Assembly: GCF_050320075.1 (NCBI RefSeq)
Contig: NZ_CP190018.1
Direction: 5' to 3' (one strand)
Length of the DNA: 64,000 bases
DNA from: Escherichia coli
GTDB lineage: Bacteria; Pseudomonadota; Gammaproteobacteria; Enterobacterales; Enterobacteriaceae
Shown here: positions 13,001-25,686 of the stretch, piece by piece
How the letters are laid out: each line of letters opens with the position of its first letter
Numbering within the stretch: position 1 is the stretch's first letter
Notes under the pieces: generated by a model
Told to the model about the DNA's origin: nothing
Database searches by the model: none
Seen by the model: only the letters and a program-made list of their open reading frames with translations
Made by a program: the position numbers and the translations under genes

Positions 13001-13403
13001 TTTCCAGCTGGCGCAACGAAAGCGTACTCAGAATTTTGCGCGTTTCTTCGTCATTATCGACATCGCTAAGTGCAGTTAACGCCGCGGTCGCCTGGCGCAT
13101 TTTTTCCGGCGCTTCAGCGACTTTTTGCCGTAGCTGAACTGTCTCTTCTTTTACGCGATCGATTTTATCGAGGGTGGCTAATGTATCTGTCAGATCCTGC
13201 TGCACCAGTTTGTCCTGAGCAGAAAGATCTTTTTGTTTATTCAGTGAGTCAAGTTGTGCCTGCAGGTCCGCTTTTGTCGGCAGATCACCATTCGATGACG
13301 CCCGCGCAAACGCCGTGTTCTGGCATAACAAGACAAAAACAAAAGCAATAAATGCTGAAAAAACAAAATGCCGTGATCGTTTGTAATACTGGAACATAGT
13401 CAT
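10041..13403 (-). CDS. mscK: Potassium-dependent mechanosensitive channel MscK (KefA)
   Basis: 1120-aa ORF with signal peptide, long coiled-coil periplasmic region, multiple TM helices and C-terminal MscS-like domain. Confidence 0.95.
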   Translation of the reverse strand: MTMFQYYKRSRHFVFSAFIAFVFVLLCQNTAFARASSNGDLPTKADLQAQLDSLNKQKDLSAQDKLVQQDLTDTLATLDKIDRVKEETVQLRQKVAEAPEKMRQATAALTALSDVDNDEETRKILSTLSLRQLETRVAQALDDLQNAQNDLASYNSQLVSLQTQPERVQNAMYNASQQLQQIRSRLDGTDVGETALRPSQKVLMQAQQALLNAEIDQQRKSLEGNTVLQDTLQKQRDYVTANSARLEHQLQLLQEAVNSKRLTLTEKTAQEAVSPDEAARIQANPLVKQELEINQQLSQRLITATENGNQLMQQNIKVKNWLERALQSERNIKEQIAVLKGSLLLSRILYQQQQTLPSADELENMTNRIADLRLEQFEVNQQRDALFQSDAFVNKLEEGHTNEVNSEVHDALLQVVDMRRELLDQLNKQLGNQLMMAINLQINQQQLMSVSKNLKSILTQQIFWVNSNRPMDWDWIKAFPQSLKDEFKSMKITVNWEKAWPAVFIAFLAGLPLLLIAGLIHWRLGWLKAYQQKLASAVGSLRNDSQLNTPKAILIDLIRALPVCLIILAVGLILLTMQLNISELLWSFSKKLAIFWLVFGLCWKVLEKNGVAVRHFGMPEQQTSHWRRQIVRISLALLPIHFWSVVAELSPLHLMDDVLGQAMIFFNLLLIAFLVWPMCRESWRDKESHTMRLVTITVLSIIPIALMVLTATGYFYTTLRLSGRWIETVYLVIIWNLLYQTVLRGLSVAARRIAWRRALARRQNLVKEGAEGAEPPEEPTIALEQVNQQTLRITMLLMFALFGVMFWAIWSDLITVFSYLDSITLWHYNGTEAGAAVVKNVTMGSLLFAIIASMVAWALIRNLPGLLEVLVLSRLNMRQGASYAITTILNYIIIAVGAMTVFGSLGVSWDKLQWLAAALSVGLGFGLQEIFGNFVSGLIILFERPVRIGDTVTIGSFSGTVSKIRIRATTITDFDRKEVIIPNKAFVTERLINWSLTDTTTRLVIRLGVAYGSDLEKVRKVLLKAATEHPRVMHEPMPEVFFTAFGASTLDHELRLYVRELRDRSRTVDELNRTIDQLCRENDINIAFNQLEVHLHNEKGDEVTEVKRDYKGDDPTPAVG

Positions 13404-13530
13404 GATGAATGAAGGTTTCTGAACCTGAAGAACGACCTGAAAAAGTCAAACCGCAAGAATATCACGACGCAGTGAACCAGAATAGCAACGACGAAAATGT
13501 CCAGGAAAAATCCTGGAGTCAGATTCAGGG

Positions 13531-14178
13531 TTATTCGTTAGTGGCAGGATTACGAAGCGTGGGGCACAGGAGATACATCTCCAGTAAGATGGCGACGTAA
13601 TCGCGGGCTTCTTTTTTAAGATCAAAAGATTGCGGGGCAAAGAGCCAGTTTTCCATCAGGCCGGAAATATAGCCGCGCATAATAATTGCTGCCCGACGCG
13701 TCATTAAATCCGCAGGCAACATTTTCGCTTCAATACAATGTTTTAACGTTTGTTCTATACGGTCATAACTTTCCAGACAGAGATTACGTTGTGCCTGTTG
13801 CACAACAGCCATTTCTCCGACAAATTCGCATTTGTGGAATATAATCTCCATCAATAATCGACGCCGTTCTTCTGTCACCGTGGATTCAAGAACATGAATT
13901 AATATCTCTCTTAATACTGAGAGTGGATCGCCAGGGAATTTTGCCTGATACTCAAGCTCTAGTTCACCAATATTGGATTCTGACAGTTCCCAGATCTCAC
14001 TGAACAAATCCGACTTGTCTTTAAAATGCCAGTAGATTGCACCGCGCGTAACGCCAGCTGCTTTTGCAATCTCACCCAGCGAGGTGGATGATACCCCCTG
14101 CTGTGAGAAAAGACGTAGAGCCACATCGAGGATGTGTTGGCGCGTTTCTTGCGCTTCTTGTTTGGTTTTTCGTGCCAT
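13531..14178 (-). CDS. acrR: TetR-family repressor AcrR
   Basis: 215-aa ORF with TetR HTH; divergent from acrAB. Confidence 0.95.
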
Positions 14179-14206
14179 ATGTTCGTGAATTTACAGGCGT
14201 TAGATT

Positions 14207-14230
14207 TACATACATTTGTGAATGTATGTA
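14207..14230. promoter_or_regulatory. AcrR operator palindrome in acrR-acrA divergent promoter region
   Basis: Perfect 24-bp palindrome TACATACATT-TGTG-AATGTATGTA seen directly in sequence. Confidence 0.8.
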
Positions 14231-14319
14231 CCATAGCACGACGATAATATAAACGCAGCAATGGGTTTATTAACTTTTGACCATTGACCAATTTGAAATC
14301 GGACACTCGAGGTTTACAT

Positions 14320-15513
14320 ATGAACAAAAACAGAGGGTTTACGCCTCTGGCGGTCGTTCTGATGCTCTCAGGCAGCTTAGCCCTAACAGGATGTGACGAC
14401 AAACAGGCCCAACAAGGTGGCCAGCAGATGCCCGCCGTTGGCGTAGTAACAGTCAAAACTGAACCTCTGCAGATCACAACCGAGCTTCCGGGTCGCACCA
14501 GTGCCTACCGGATCGCAGAAGTTCGTCCTCAAGTTAGCGGGATTATCCTGAAGCGTAATTTCAAAGAAGGTAGCGACATCGAAGCAGGTGTCTCTCTCTA
14601 TCAGATTGATCCTGCGACCTATCAGGCGGCATATGACAGCGCGAAAGGCGATCTGGCGAAAGCCCAGGCTGCAGCCAATATCGCGCAATTGACGGTGAAT
14701 CGTTATCAGAAATTGCTCGGTACTCAGTACATCAGTAAGCAAGAGTACGATCAGGCTCTGGCTGATGCGCAACAGGCGAATGCTGCGGTAACTGCGGCGA
14801 AAGCTGCCGTTGAAACTGCGCGGATCAATCTGGCTTACACCAAAGTTACCTCTCCGATTAGCGGTCGCATTGGTAAGTCGAACGTGACGGAAGGCGCATT
14901 GGTACAGAACGGTCAGGCGACTGCGCTGGCAACCGTGCAGCAACTTGATCCGATCTACGTTGATGTGACCCAGTCCAGCAACGACTTCCTGCGCCTGAAA
15001 CAGGAACTGGCGAATGGCACGCTGAAACAAGAGAACGGCAAAGCCAAAGTGTCGCTGATCACCAGTGACGGCATTAAGTTCCCGCAGGACGGTACGCTGG
15101 AATTCTCTGACGTTACCGTTGATCAGACCACCGGGTCTATCACCCTACGCGCTATCTTCCCGAACCCGGATCACACTCTGCTGCCGGGTATGTTCGTGCG
15201 CGCACGTCTGGAAGAAGGGCTTAATCCAAACGCTATTTTAGTCCCGCAACAGGGCGTAACCCGTACGCCGCGTGGCGATGCCACCGTACTGGTGGTTGGC
15301 GCGGATGACAAAGTGGAAACCCGTCCGATCGTTGCAAGCCAGGCTATTGGCGATAAGTGGCTGGTGACAGAAGGTCTGAAAGCAGGCGATCGCGTAGTAA
15401 TAAGTGGGCTGCAGAAAGTGCGTCCTGGTGTCCAGGTAAAAGCACAAGAAGTTACCGCTGATAATAACCAGCAAGCCGCAAGCGGTGCTCAGCCTGAACA
15501 GTCCAAGTCTTAA
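14320..15513 (+). CDS. acrA: Multidrug efflux membrane-fusion protein AcrA
   Basis: ORF track 409 aa; true start at MNKNRGFTPLAVVLMLSGSLALTGC (lipoprotein signal), 397 aa. Confidence 0.97.
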   Translation: MNKNRGFTPLAVVLMLSGSLALTGCDDKQAQQGGQQMPAVGVVTVKTEPLQITTELPGRTSAYRIAEVRPQVSGIILKRNFKEGSDIEAGVSLYQIDPATYQAAYDSAKGDLAKAQAAANIAQLTVNRYQKLLGTQYISKQEYDQALADAQQANAAVTAAKAAVETARINLAYTKVTSPISGRIGKSNVTEGALVQNGQATALATVQQLDPIYVDVTQSSNDFLRLKQELANGTLKQENGKAKVSLITSDGIKFPQDGTLEFSDVTVDQTTGSITLRAIFPNPDHTLLPGMFVRARLEEGLNPNAILVPQQGVTRTPRGDATVLVVGADDKVETRPIVASQAIGDKWLVTEGLKAGDRVVISGLQKVRPGVQVKAQEVTADNNQQAASGAQPEQSKS

Positions 15514-15532
15514 CTTAAACAGGAGCCGTTAA

Positions 15533-18685
<3,153 letters not shown>

Positions 18686-18704
18686 TACAACGTGTAATCA
18701 CAAA

Positions 18705-18726
18705 GGCCGCGCAAGCGGCCTTTTTT
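18705..18726 (+). terminator. Rho-independent terminator after acrB
   Basis: GGCCGC-GCAA-GCGGCC hairpin followed by TTTTTT. Confidence 0.75.
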
Positions 18727-19230
18727 ATGCATAACCGACGAACATTAAGGAGTCATTGAACCACCAACTCAGGATCTCATACGAAAACCAGTATTAACCT
18801 CGCATAAAATTCATAAAAAATACTGATTGTTAGTTAATTTATATTAAGTAGCGCTAATAAATTTAATAATCCATAATCATTTAGAGGCTATTCTTAATTA
18901 TTTGCGGTAATTCTTTATTCATTCCTCGGTTATTACGTCATATTCAGAGCAATCCTGGTATTAGTGTCACCAATTTCATCTGGCGATAATCCTGAAATGT
19001 TATGAATAGTTCGAGCAGACTGCTTTTACCTACTGCGGGTTAGTGCTAGTATGAAAAAATGAGTCCTGTCCCGATTCCTTCCTAATTGTAATTTTTCGTA
19101 ATAATGCGATGAAAACCTGCAAAGAGTGGCTTATAGTTAAGCTAACAAACGAGAGGGCAAGTCCAGGTCAGTAAGTTTTTTCCATCCCGAAAGGTGTCCG
19201 TTAGTTCAACCACTAAGAAGGGGACGCGTT

Positions 19231-19605
19231 ATGGATGAATACTCACCCAAAAGACATGATATCGCACAGCTTAAGTTTCTCTGTGAAACCCTGTATCATG
19301 ACTGTCTTGCAAACCTTGAAGAAAGCAATCATGGCTGGGTTAACGACCCAACCTCGGCGATCAACCTCCAGTTGAATGAACTGATTGAGCATATTGCGAC
19401 CTTCGCACTTAATTACAAAATTAAGTATAATGAAGACAATAAGCTCATTGAGCAGATCGACGAATATCTGGATGACACCTTTATGTTGTTCAGCAGTTAT
19501 GGTATTAATATGCAGGATCTTCAGAAATGGCGGAAGTCAGGTAATCGACTATTCCGTTGTTTTGTCAATGCGACGAAAGAGAATCCTGCGAGTTTATCTT
19601 GTTAG
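19231..19605 (+). CDS. tomB: Hha toxicity modulator TomB (YbaJ)
   Basis: 124-aa [27 protein letters not shown]... recognised as TomB; immediately upstream of hha. Confidence 0.9.
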
Positions 19606-19630
19606 AATTATTACAACCATGGGTAGAAGT

Positions 19631-19849
19631 ATGTCCGAAAAACCTTTAACAAAAACCGATTATTTAATGCGTTTACGTCGTTGCCAGACAATTGACACGC
19701 TGGAGCGTGTTATCGAGAAAAATAAATACGAATTATCAGATAATGAACTGGCGGTATTTTACTCAGCCGCAGATCACCGCCTCGCCGAATTGACCATGAA
19801 TAAACTGTACGACAAGATCCCTTCCTCAGTATGGAAATTTATTCGCTAA
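19631..19849 (+). CDS. hha: Haemolysin expression modulator Hha (H-NS co-regulator)
   Basis: 72-aa [75 protein letters not shown], read from the tail of the 154-aa track ORF. Confidence 0.93.
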
Positions 19850-19926
19850 TAAATAATTCGCTTTCGGAGCTATAACCGGCTGTTTATTAAGAATTTTATA
19901 CTTTTTCGCCATGAAGACGTACCCTA

Positions 19927-19942
19927 TGTGATCTTTATCACA
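19927..19942. promoter_or_regulatory. Candidate CRP-type site (TGTGA-N6-TCACA) upstream of maa
   Basis: Perfect palindrome TGTGATCTTTATCACA about 80 bp upstream of maa start. Confidence 0.4.
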
Positions 19943-20020
19943 CAGATGTAATGGGAACGTTCTCTTCACTGACTTTTCGTCTTACTGTGTTGCCGCATTT
20001 TCAGCAACCGGAGGTCAGTA

Positions 20021-20572
20021 ATGAGCACAGAAAAAGAAAAGATGATTGCTGGTGAGTTGTATCGCTCGGCAGATGAGACGTTATCTCGCGATCGCCTGCG
20101 CGCTCGTCAGCTTATTCACCGATACAATCATTCCCTGGCGGAAGAGCACACATTACGCCAGCAAATTCTCGCTGATTTATTCGGTCAGGTGACAGAGGCT
20201 TATATTGAGCCAACGTTTCGCTGTGATTATGGCTATAACATTTTTCTCGGCAATAATTTTTTCGCCAACTTCGATTGCGTGATGCTTGATGTCTGCCCTA
20301 TTCGCATCGGTGATAACTGTATGTTGGCACCAGGCGTTCATATCTACACGGCAACACATCCCATCGACCCTGTAGCACGTAATAGCGGTGCTGAACTGGG
20401 GAAACCCGTCACCATCGGTAATAACGTCTGGATTGGCGGACGCGCGGTCATTAACCCTGGTGTGACCATTGGTGATAACGTCGTGGTAGCCTCAGGTGCA
20501 GTTGTCACAAAAGATGTCCCGGACAACGTTGTCGTGGGCGGTAATCCAGCCAGAATAATTAAAAAATTGTAA
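20021..20572 (+). CDS. maa: Maltose O-acetyltransferase (hexapeptide-repeat acyltransferase)
   Basis: 183-aa ORF with left-handed beta-helix hexapeptide repeats ([31 protein letters not shown]). Confidence 0.93.
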
Positions 20573-20687
20573 TAGGTTTTTCGCAACTGTTATGCAAAAT
20601 TGTGGTAAATCTGTTACTTTCCCTCTACTATTCCCACGTTAAAATAGGGTGTTCCCTGGAAAGTTGCAGATACCACGAAGGCAAACG

Positions 20688-21158
20688 ATGACCGAAATAC
20701 AACGCCTGCTGACCGAAACAATTGAGTCTCTAAATACCCGCGAAAAACGCGACAACAAACCCCGCTTTAGTATCAGTTTTATCCGTAAACATCCGGGGCT
20801 GTTTATCGGTATGTATGTTGCTTTTTTTGCCACCCTGGCGGTGATGTTGCAGTCCGAAACGCTTTCAGGCTCTGTCTGGCTACTGGTTGTATTATTTATC
20901 CTGCTTAATGGTTTCTTCTTTTTCGATGTCTACCCACGCTACCGCTATGAAGATATCGACGTGCTGGATTTCCGCGTTTGCTATAACGGCGAATGGTACA
21001 ACACGCGCTTTGTACCTGCCGCGCTGGTTGAAGCCATCTTGAACTCTCCGCGTGTCGCGGATGTTCATAAAGAACAACTGCAAAAAATGATCGTCCGTAA
21101 AGGTGAACTGTCTTTTTACGATATTTTTACCCTCGCTCGCGCCGAATCAACATCTTAA
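20688..21158 (+). CDS. ylaC: Inner membrane protein YlaC
   Basis: ORF track 169 aa; likely start [11 protein letters not shown] (156 aa); two predicted TM helices. Confidence 0.85.
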
Positions 21159-21315
21159 GTTAGGGTTACATACCAGGCGTAAAGCTCTGCGCCTGGTCAA
21201 ATGACAACGTTCGTTTCCACCCATCCCTTCATGAAATCCCGGCTCTACCTCCTTATCTCCTGCAAGCCTTTTTCCACAATCAGATATACTTTCCCTACAC
21301 TGTGTTAATAAGGAT

Positions 21316-22872
21316 ATGGTGGTGAGAACACGACATCTGGTCGGCCTTATTTCGGGAGTACTGATTCTTTCAGTATTGCTGCCTGTCGGCTTAAGCATCT
21401 GGCTGGCCCATCAGCAGGTAGAAACATCATTTATTGAAGAGCTGAATACGTATTCCTCCCGCGTCGCTATTCGGGCCAATAAGGTGGCGACACAAGGGAA
21501 AGATGCGCTGCAAGAGCTGGAAAGATGGCAAGGCGCTGCCTGTAGCGAAGCCCATCTCATGGAAATGCGTCGGGTATCTTACAGTTATCGCTATATTCAG
21601 GAAGTGGTTTATATCGATAACAACGTTCCCCAGTGTTCGTCTCTGGAGCATGAAAGCCCGCCCGATACCTTCCCCGAGCCAGGTAAAATTTCGAAAGATG
21701 GTTATCGTGTCTGGTTAACATCGCATAACGATTTAGGCATTATCCGTTACATGGTTGCCATGGGAACGGCACATTATGTCGTCATGATCGACCCCGCTTC
21801 CTTTATTGATGTCATTCCCTATAGCTCATGGCAAATTGATGCCGCCATTATTGGCAATGCCCATAACGTTGTGATAACCAGCAGCGATGAAATTGCTCAG
21901 GGAATTATTACCAGACTACAAAAAACACCCGGTGAGCATATCGAAAATAATGGAATCATTTACGATATCCTGCCCTTCCCGGAAATGAATATTTCGATCA
22001 TCACCTGGGCTTCAACGAAAATGTTGCAGAAAGGCTGGCATCGGCAAGTCTTTATTTGGTTACCGCTCGGGTTGGTGATTGGCCTGCTGGCAGCGATGTT
22101 TGTGCTGCGTATTTTGCGCCGTATCCAGTCACCGCATCATCGGCTGCAGGATGCTATCGAAAATCGTGATATTTGCGTGCACTATCAGCCGATTGTCTCC
22201 TTAGCCAATGGCAAAATTGTCGGTGCTGAGGCACTGGCGCGCTGGCCGCAGACAGACGGTAGTTGGTTGTCACCAGATAGTTTTATTCCGCTGGCACAGC
22301 AAACGGGCCTTTCTGAGCCATTGACGCTACTGATTATAAGAAGCGTCTTTGAAGATATGGGCGACTGGCTGCGTCAGCATCCGCAGCAGCATATTTCGAT
22401 CAATCTTGAATCCACCGTGCTCACCTCGGAAAAAATCCCGCAATTGCTGCGTGAAATGATCAATCACTATCAGGTTAATCCCAGACAGATCGCGCTTGAA
22501 CTCACTGAACGCGAGTTTGCCGATCCGAAAACCAGCGCCCCGATAATTTCTCGCTACCGGGAGGCGGGCCATGAAATTTATCTTGATGATTTTGGTACGG
22601 GGTATTCAAGTTTAAGTTATTTACAGGATCTGGATGTCGACATTCTGAAGATCGATAAATCTTTCGTTGATGCGCTGGAATATAAAAATGTCACGCCGCA
22701 TATCATCGAAATGGCAAAAACACTGAAACTGAAAATGGTAGCGGAGGGAATCGAAACCAGTAAACAAGAAGAGTGGTTACGCCAGCATGGCGTGCACTAC
22801 GGTCAGGGCTGGCTCTACAGCAAGGCATTACCGAAAGAAGATTTCTTACGCTGGGCCGAGCAACATTTGTGA
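21316..22872 (+). CDS. pdeB: c-di-GMP phosphodiesterase PdeB (YlaB), CSS-EAL domain protein
   Basis: 518-aa ORF with N-terminal TM/periplasmic sensor and EAL domain (GAEALARW); annotated start may be the GTG 2 codons downstream. Confidence 0.9.
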   Translation: MVVRTRHLVGLISGVLILSVLLPVGLSIWLAHQQVETSFIEELNTYSSRVAIRANKVATQGKDALQELERWQGAACSEAHLMEMRRVSYSYRYIQEVVYIDNNVPQCSSLEHESPPDTFPEPGKISKDGYRVWLTSHNDLGIIRYMVAMGTAHYVVMIDPASFIDVIPYSSWQIDAAIIGNAHNVVITSSDEIAQGIITRLQKTPGEHIENNGIIYDILPFPEMNISIITWASTKMLQKGWHRQVFIWLPLGLVIGLLAAMFVLRILRRIQSPHHRLQDAIENRDICVHYQPIVSLANGKIVGAEALARWPQTDGSWLSPDSFIPLAQQTGLSEPLTLLIIRSVFEDMGDWLRQHPQQHISINLESTVLTSEKIPQLLREMINHYQVNPRQIALELTEREFADPKTSAPIISRYREAGHEIYLDDFGTGYSSLSYLQDLDVDILKIDKSFVDALEYKNVTPHIIEMAKTLKLKMVAEGIETSKQEEWLRQHGVHYGQGWLYSKALPKEDFLRWAEQHL

Positions 22873-22913
22873 ATTGTAGGGCTGACGGCACGCCGCACAG
22901 CCCATCACGCTAC

Positions 22914-23267
22914 CTATTCGTCGATGATTGACTCGAATCCGCCATAGATCATTCGCTTACCATCAAACGGCATGGACTCGCCGAACTCTTTCATCCGTGG
23001 GTCCGACATCATCTTTTGATTAGCAGCGTCGCGGACCTCTTTTGAAGGGTATTCAATCCAGCTAAAGACAACCTCTTCATTCTCTTCAGCTTTTACCGCC
23101 ATACGAAAATCGGTCACTTTGCCATCCGGTACATCGCTGGCCCAGCATTCGACAATACGAAGCGCGCCAAACTCTTTAAACAATGGCGCAGCCTTAGCAG
23201 CCATTTCCCGATAGGCATCCTTTTTATCGACAGGAACGGCAACCACAAAACCATCAACATACTTCAT
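22914..23267 (-). CDS. ybaA: Uncharacterised protein YbaA (DUF1428)
   Basis: 117-aa ORF MKYVDGFVVAVPVDKKDAYREMAAKA..., convergent with pdeB. Confidence 0.9.
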   Translation of the reverse strand: MKYVDGFVVAVPVDKKDAYREMAAKAAPLFKEFGALRIVECWASDVPDGKVTDFRMAVKAEENEEVVFSWIEYPSKEVRDAANQKMMSDPRMKEFGESMPFDGKRMIYGGFESIIDE

Positions 23268-23377
23268 CAGACATACCTCCGAAGCGTACTGCGCAGCCAG
23301 ACAATTCTTGCGACGTCAGTTGTGGTTAAAGTTTAGCCATATTGGGATTTTTTGACGAAACGGGGGGAGGCAGAAAT

Positions 23378-23491
23378 GGGTGGGGGCCCTGCCAGCTACA
23401 TCCCGGCACACGCGTCATCTGCCTTGGCTGCTTCCTTCCGGACCTGACCTGGTAAACAGAGTAGCGTTGCGGGAGAACCAACAGAGCCCCC
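23378..23491 (-). ncRNA. ffs: 4.5S RNA (signal recognition particle RNA)
   Basis: Reverse complement of 23378..23491 reads GGGGGCTCTGTTGGTTCTCCCGCAACGC...GGCAGGGCCCCCACCC, the 114-nt 4.5S RNA. Confidence 0.97.
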
Positions 23492-23567
23492 ATTGAGAGC
23501 GTTGAGAACCAACGCGCAGGCGCATTATCACTGCTGCCCCGGCTAATTGCAACCCATTGCGTGCCGG

Positions 23568-23957
23568 ATGCTGGTTTCTTGCGCAATGCGGCTTCACTCG
23601 GGCGTTTTTCCAGATTATGCTGAAAAATTACCTCAGGAAGAAAAGATGGAAAAAGAAGATTCATTTCCCCAACGCGTCTGGCAAATCGTCGCCGCTATTC
23701 CCGAAGGCTATGTCACCACTTACGGTGATGTGGCGAAACTGGCAGGATCGCCCCGCGCCGCGCGCCAGGTGGGCGGTGTGTTAAAGCGTCTCCCCGAAGG
23801 CAGCACCTTACCCTGGCACCGGGTGGTTAATCGCCACGGCACAATTTCGCTAACCGGACCGGATTTACAGCGTCAACGACAGGCATTACTGGCAGAAGGT
23901 GTGATGGTATCGGGAAGCGGGCAAATCGACTTGCAGCGTTATCGCTGGAACTACTAA
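23568..23957 (+). CDS. atl: Alkyltransferase-like DNA damage-binding protein (Atl/YbaZ)
   Basis: ORF track 136 aa; likely 129-aa product from MLVSCAMRL; ends ...VMVSGSGQIDLQRYRWNY. Confidence 0.85.
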   Translation: MLVSCAMRLHSGVFPDYAEKLPQEEKMEKEDSFPQRVWQIVAAIPEGYVTTYGDVAKLAGSPRAARQVGGVLKRLPEGSTLPWHRVVNRHGTISLTGPDLQRQRQALLAEGVMVSGSGQIDLQRYRWNY

Positions 23958-23987
23958 CCCTCTCCGGGCGGAGAGGGTTAACTGCGC

Positions 23988-24560
23988 TTAATATTGCGTA
24001 GGAGCTGGAACTGCCGAAGACGGATTCACCTGAGTTGGTGAAGTCGAAGGTACGGTAGTCGTTGCGCCACCGCTGGCCTGAACCGGCACGGCGGTTTGCT
24101 GCACCGGCACCAATGTCAGGTCGGCTTTAGTTCCGCCCTGGTTGATCACCGGCTGAACGGTATCGGTAATAAATACCAGTTTGTCATTCACGGTAATCGC
24201 CGCACTCAACAGAATACGCGCATTCGGCTGAACATCTGCCGGGTTAAATGGCAGAACAAAGCTGAATGGTGACTGTTTGCCTTCGGTACGCACCGCTTTC
24301 TGCGCCAGTACTTTTGACGGTGCATCGGCTAACGACGCGTCAGAAAGTGTCACGGTCAGCACAGCATCAGGCGGCAGTGCGACTTTCTGACGGATCCAGA
24401 CGGTACCGGAGACATTCGGTTGCTGGATAGCAGGTTGTTGTGTTGCTGAAATAGACGTATTTGCAGCCGGTGCTGGCGTCTGAATATCCGCGCTTTTATC
24501 TGCGCAAGCCGCCAACGCAATCGCAACCGCTAAACCACTGGCCATGTGCACGAGTTTCAT
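23988..24560 (-). CDS. ybaY: Lipoprotein YbaY
   Basis: 190-aa ORF with lipobox (AIALAACADK). Confidence 0.9.
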   Translation of the reverse strand: MKLVHMASGLAVAIALAACADKSADIQTPAPAANTSISATQQPAIQQPNVSGTVWIRQKVALPPDAVLTVTLSDASLADAPSKVLAQKAVRTEGKQSPFSFVLPFNPADVQPNARILLSAAITVNDKLVFITDTVQPVINQGGTKADLTLVPVQQTAVPVQASGGATTTVPSTSPTQVNPSSAVPAPTQY

Positions 24561-24777
24561 TCACTTCTCCTTATTATCAATGCACCAGCGGGCTAACTTT
24601 CCTCGCCGGAAGAGTGGTTAACAAAATAGTAACGTCAACAAGTGTGGCACACATCACGCATTTCTGCCTGTAATTAGCCCGTAATTCAGACCATTGCACC
24701 CATCGGACCAGTGGCAAATTTGCGTTATACTCAACTCACTTTGGCTTGCTGCGGCAGCTTTGTTACTGGAGAGTTAT

Positions 24778-25638
24778 ATGAGTCAGGCGCTAAAAAATTT
24801 ACTGACATTGTTAAATCTGGAAAAAATTGAGGAAGGACTCTTTCGCGGCCAGAGTGAAGATTTAGGTTTACGCCAGGTGTTTGGCGGCCAGGTCGTGGGT
24901 CAGGCCTTGTATGCTGCAAAAGAGACCGTCCCTGAAGAGCGGCTGGTACATTCGTTTCATAGCTACTTTCTTCGCCCTGGCGATAGTAAGAAGCCGATTA
25001 TTTATGATGTCGAAACGCTGCGTGACGGTAACAGCTTCAGCGCCCGCCGGGTTGCTGCTATTCAAAACGGCAAACCGATTTTTTATATGACTGCCTCTTT
25101 CCAGGCACCAGAAGCGGGTTTCGAACATCAAAAAACAATGCCGTCCGCGCCAGCGCCTGATGGCCTGCCTTCGGAAACGCAAATCGCCCAATCGCTGGCG
25201 CACCTGCTGCCGCCAGTGCTGAAAGATAAATTCATCTGCGATCGTCCGCTTGAAGTCCGTCCGGTGGAGTTTCATAACCCACTGAAAGGGCACGTCGCAG
25301 AACCGCATCGTCAGGTGTGGATCCGCGCAAATGGTAGCGTGCCGGATGATCTGCGCGTTCATCAGTATCTGCTCGGTTACGCTTCTGATCTTAACTTCCT
25401 GCCGGTAGCTCTACAGCCGCACGGCATCGGTTTTCTCGAACCAGGAATTCAGATAGCGACCATCGACCATTCCATGTGGTTCCATCGCCCGTTTAATTTG
25501 AATGAATGGCTGCTGTATAGCGTGGAGAGCACCTCGGCGTCCAGCGCACGCGGCTTTGTGCGCGGTGAGTTTTATACCCAGGACGGCGTGCTGGTTGCCT
25601 CGACCGTTCAGGAAGGAGTAATGCGTAATCACAATTAA
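24778..25638 (+). CDS. tesB: Acyl-CoA thioesterase II
   Basis: ORF track 314 aa; true start [25 protein letters not shown] (286 aa). Confidence 0.95.
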
Positions 25639-25644
25639 AAAAAT

Positions 25645-25676
25645 AGCCGGAGGTGAAAACCGTCCGGCTGTTTTTT
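25645..25676. terminator. Bidirectional rho-independent terminator between convergent tesB and amtB
   Basis: AGCCGGA...TCCGGCT stem flanked by an A-run upstream and TTTTTT downstream. Confidence 0.65.
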
Positions 25677-25686
25677 GCAGTGCTTG

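Noticed and set aside
13959-14498. 179-aa minus-strand ORF overlapping the acrR 5' end, the AcrR operator and the acrA start
   Set aside because: It spans a divergent promoter region with a known operator and overlaps two confirmed genes; implausible as a real gene.
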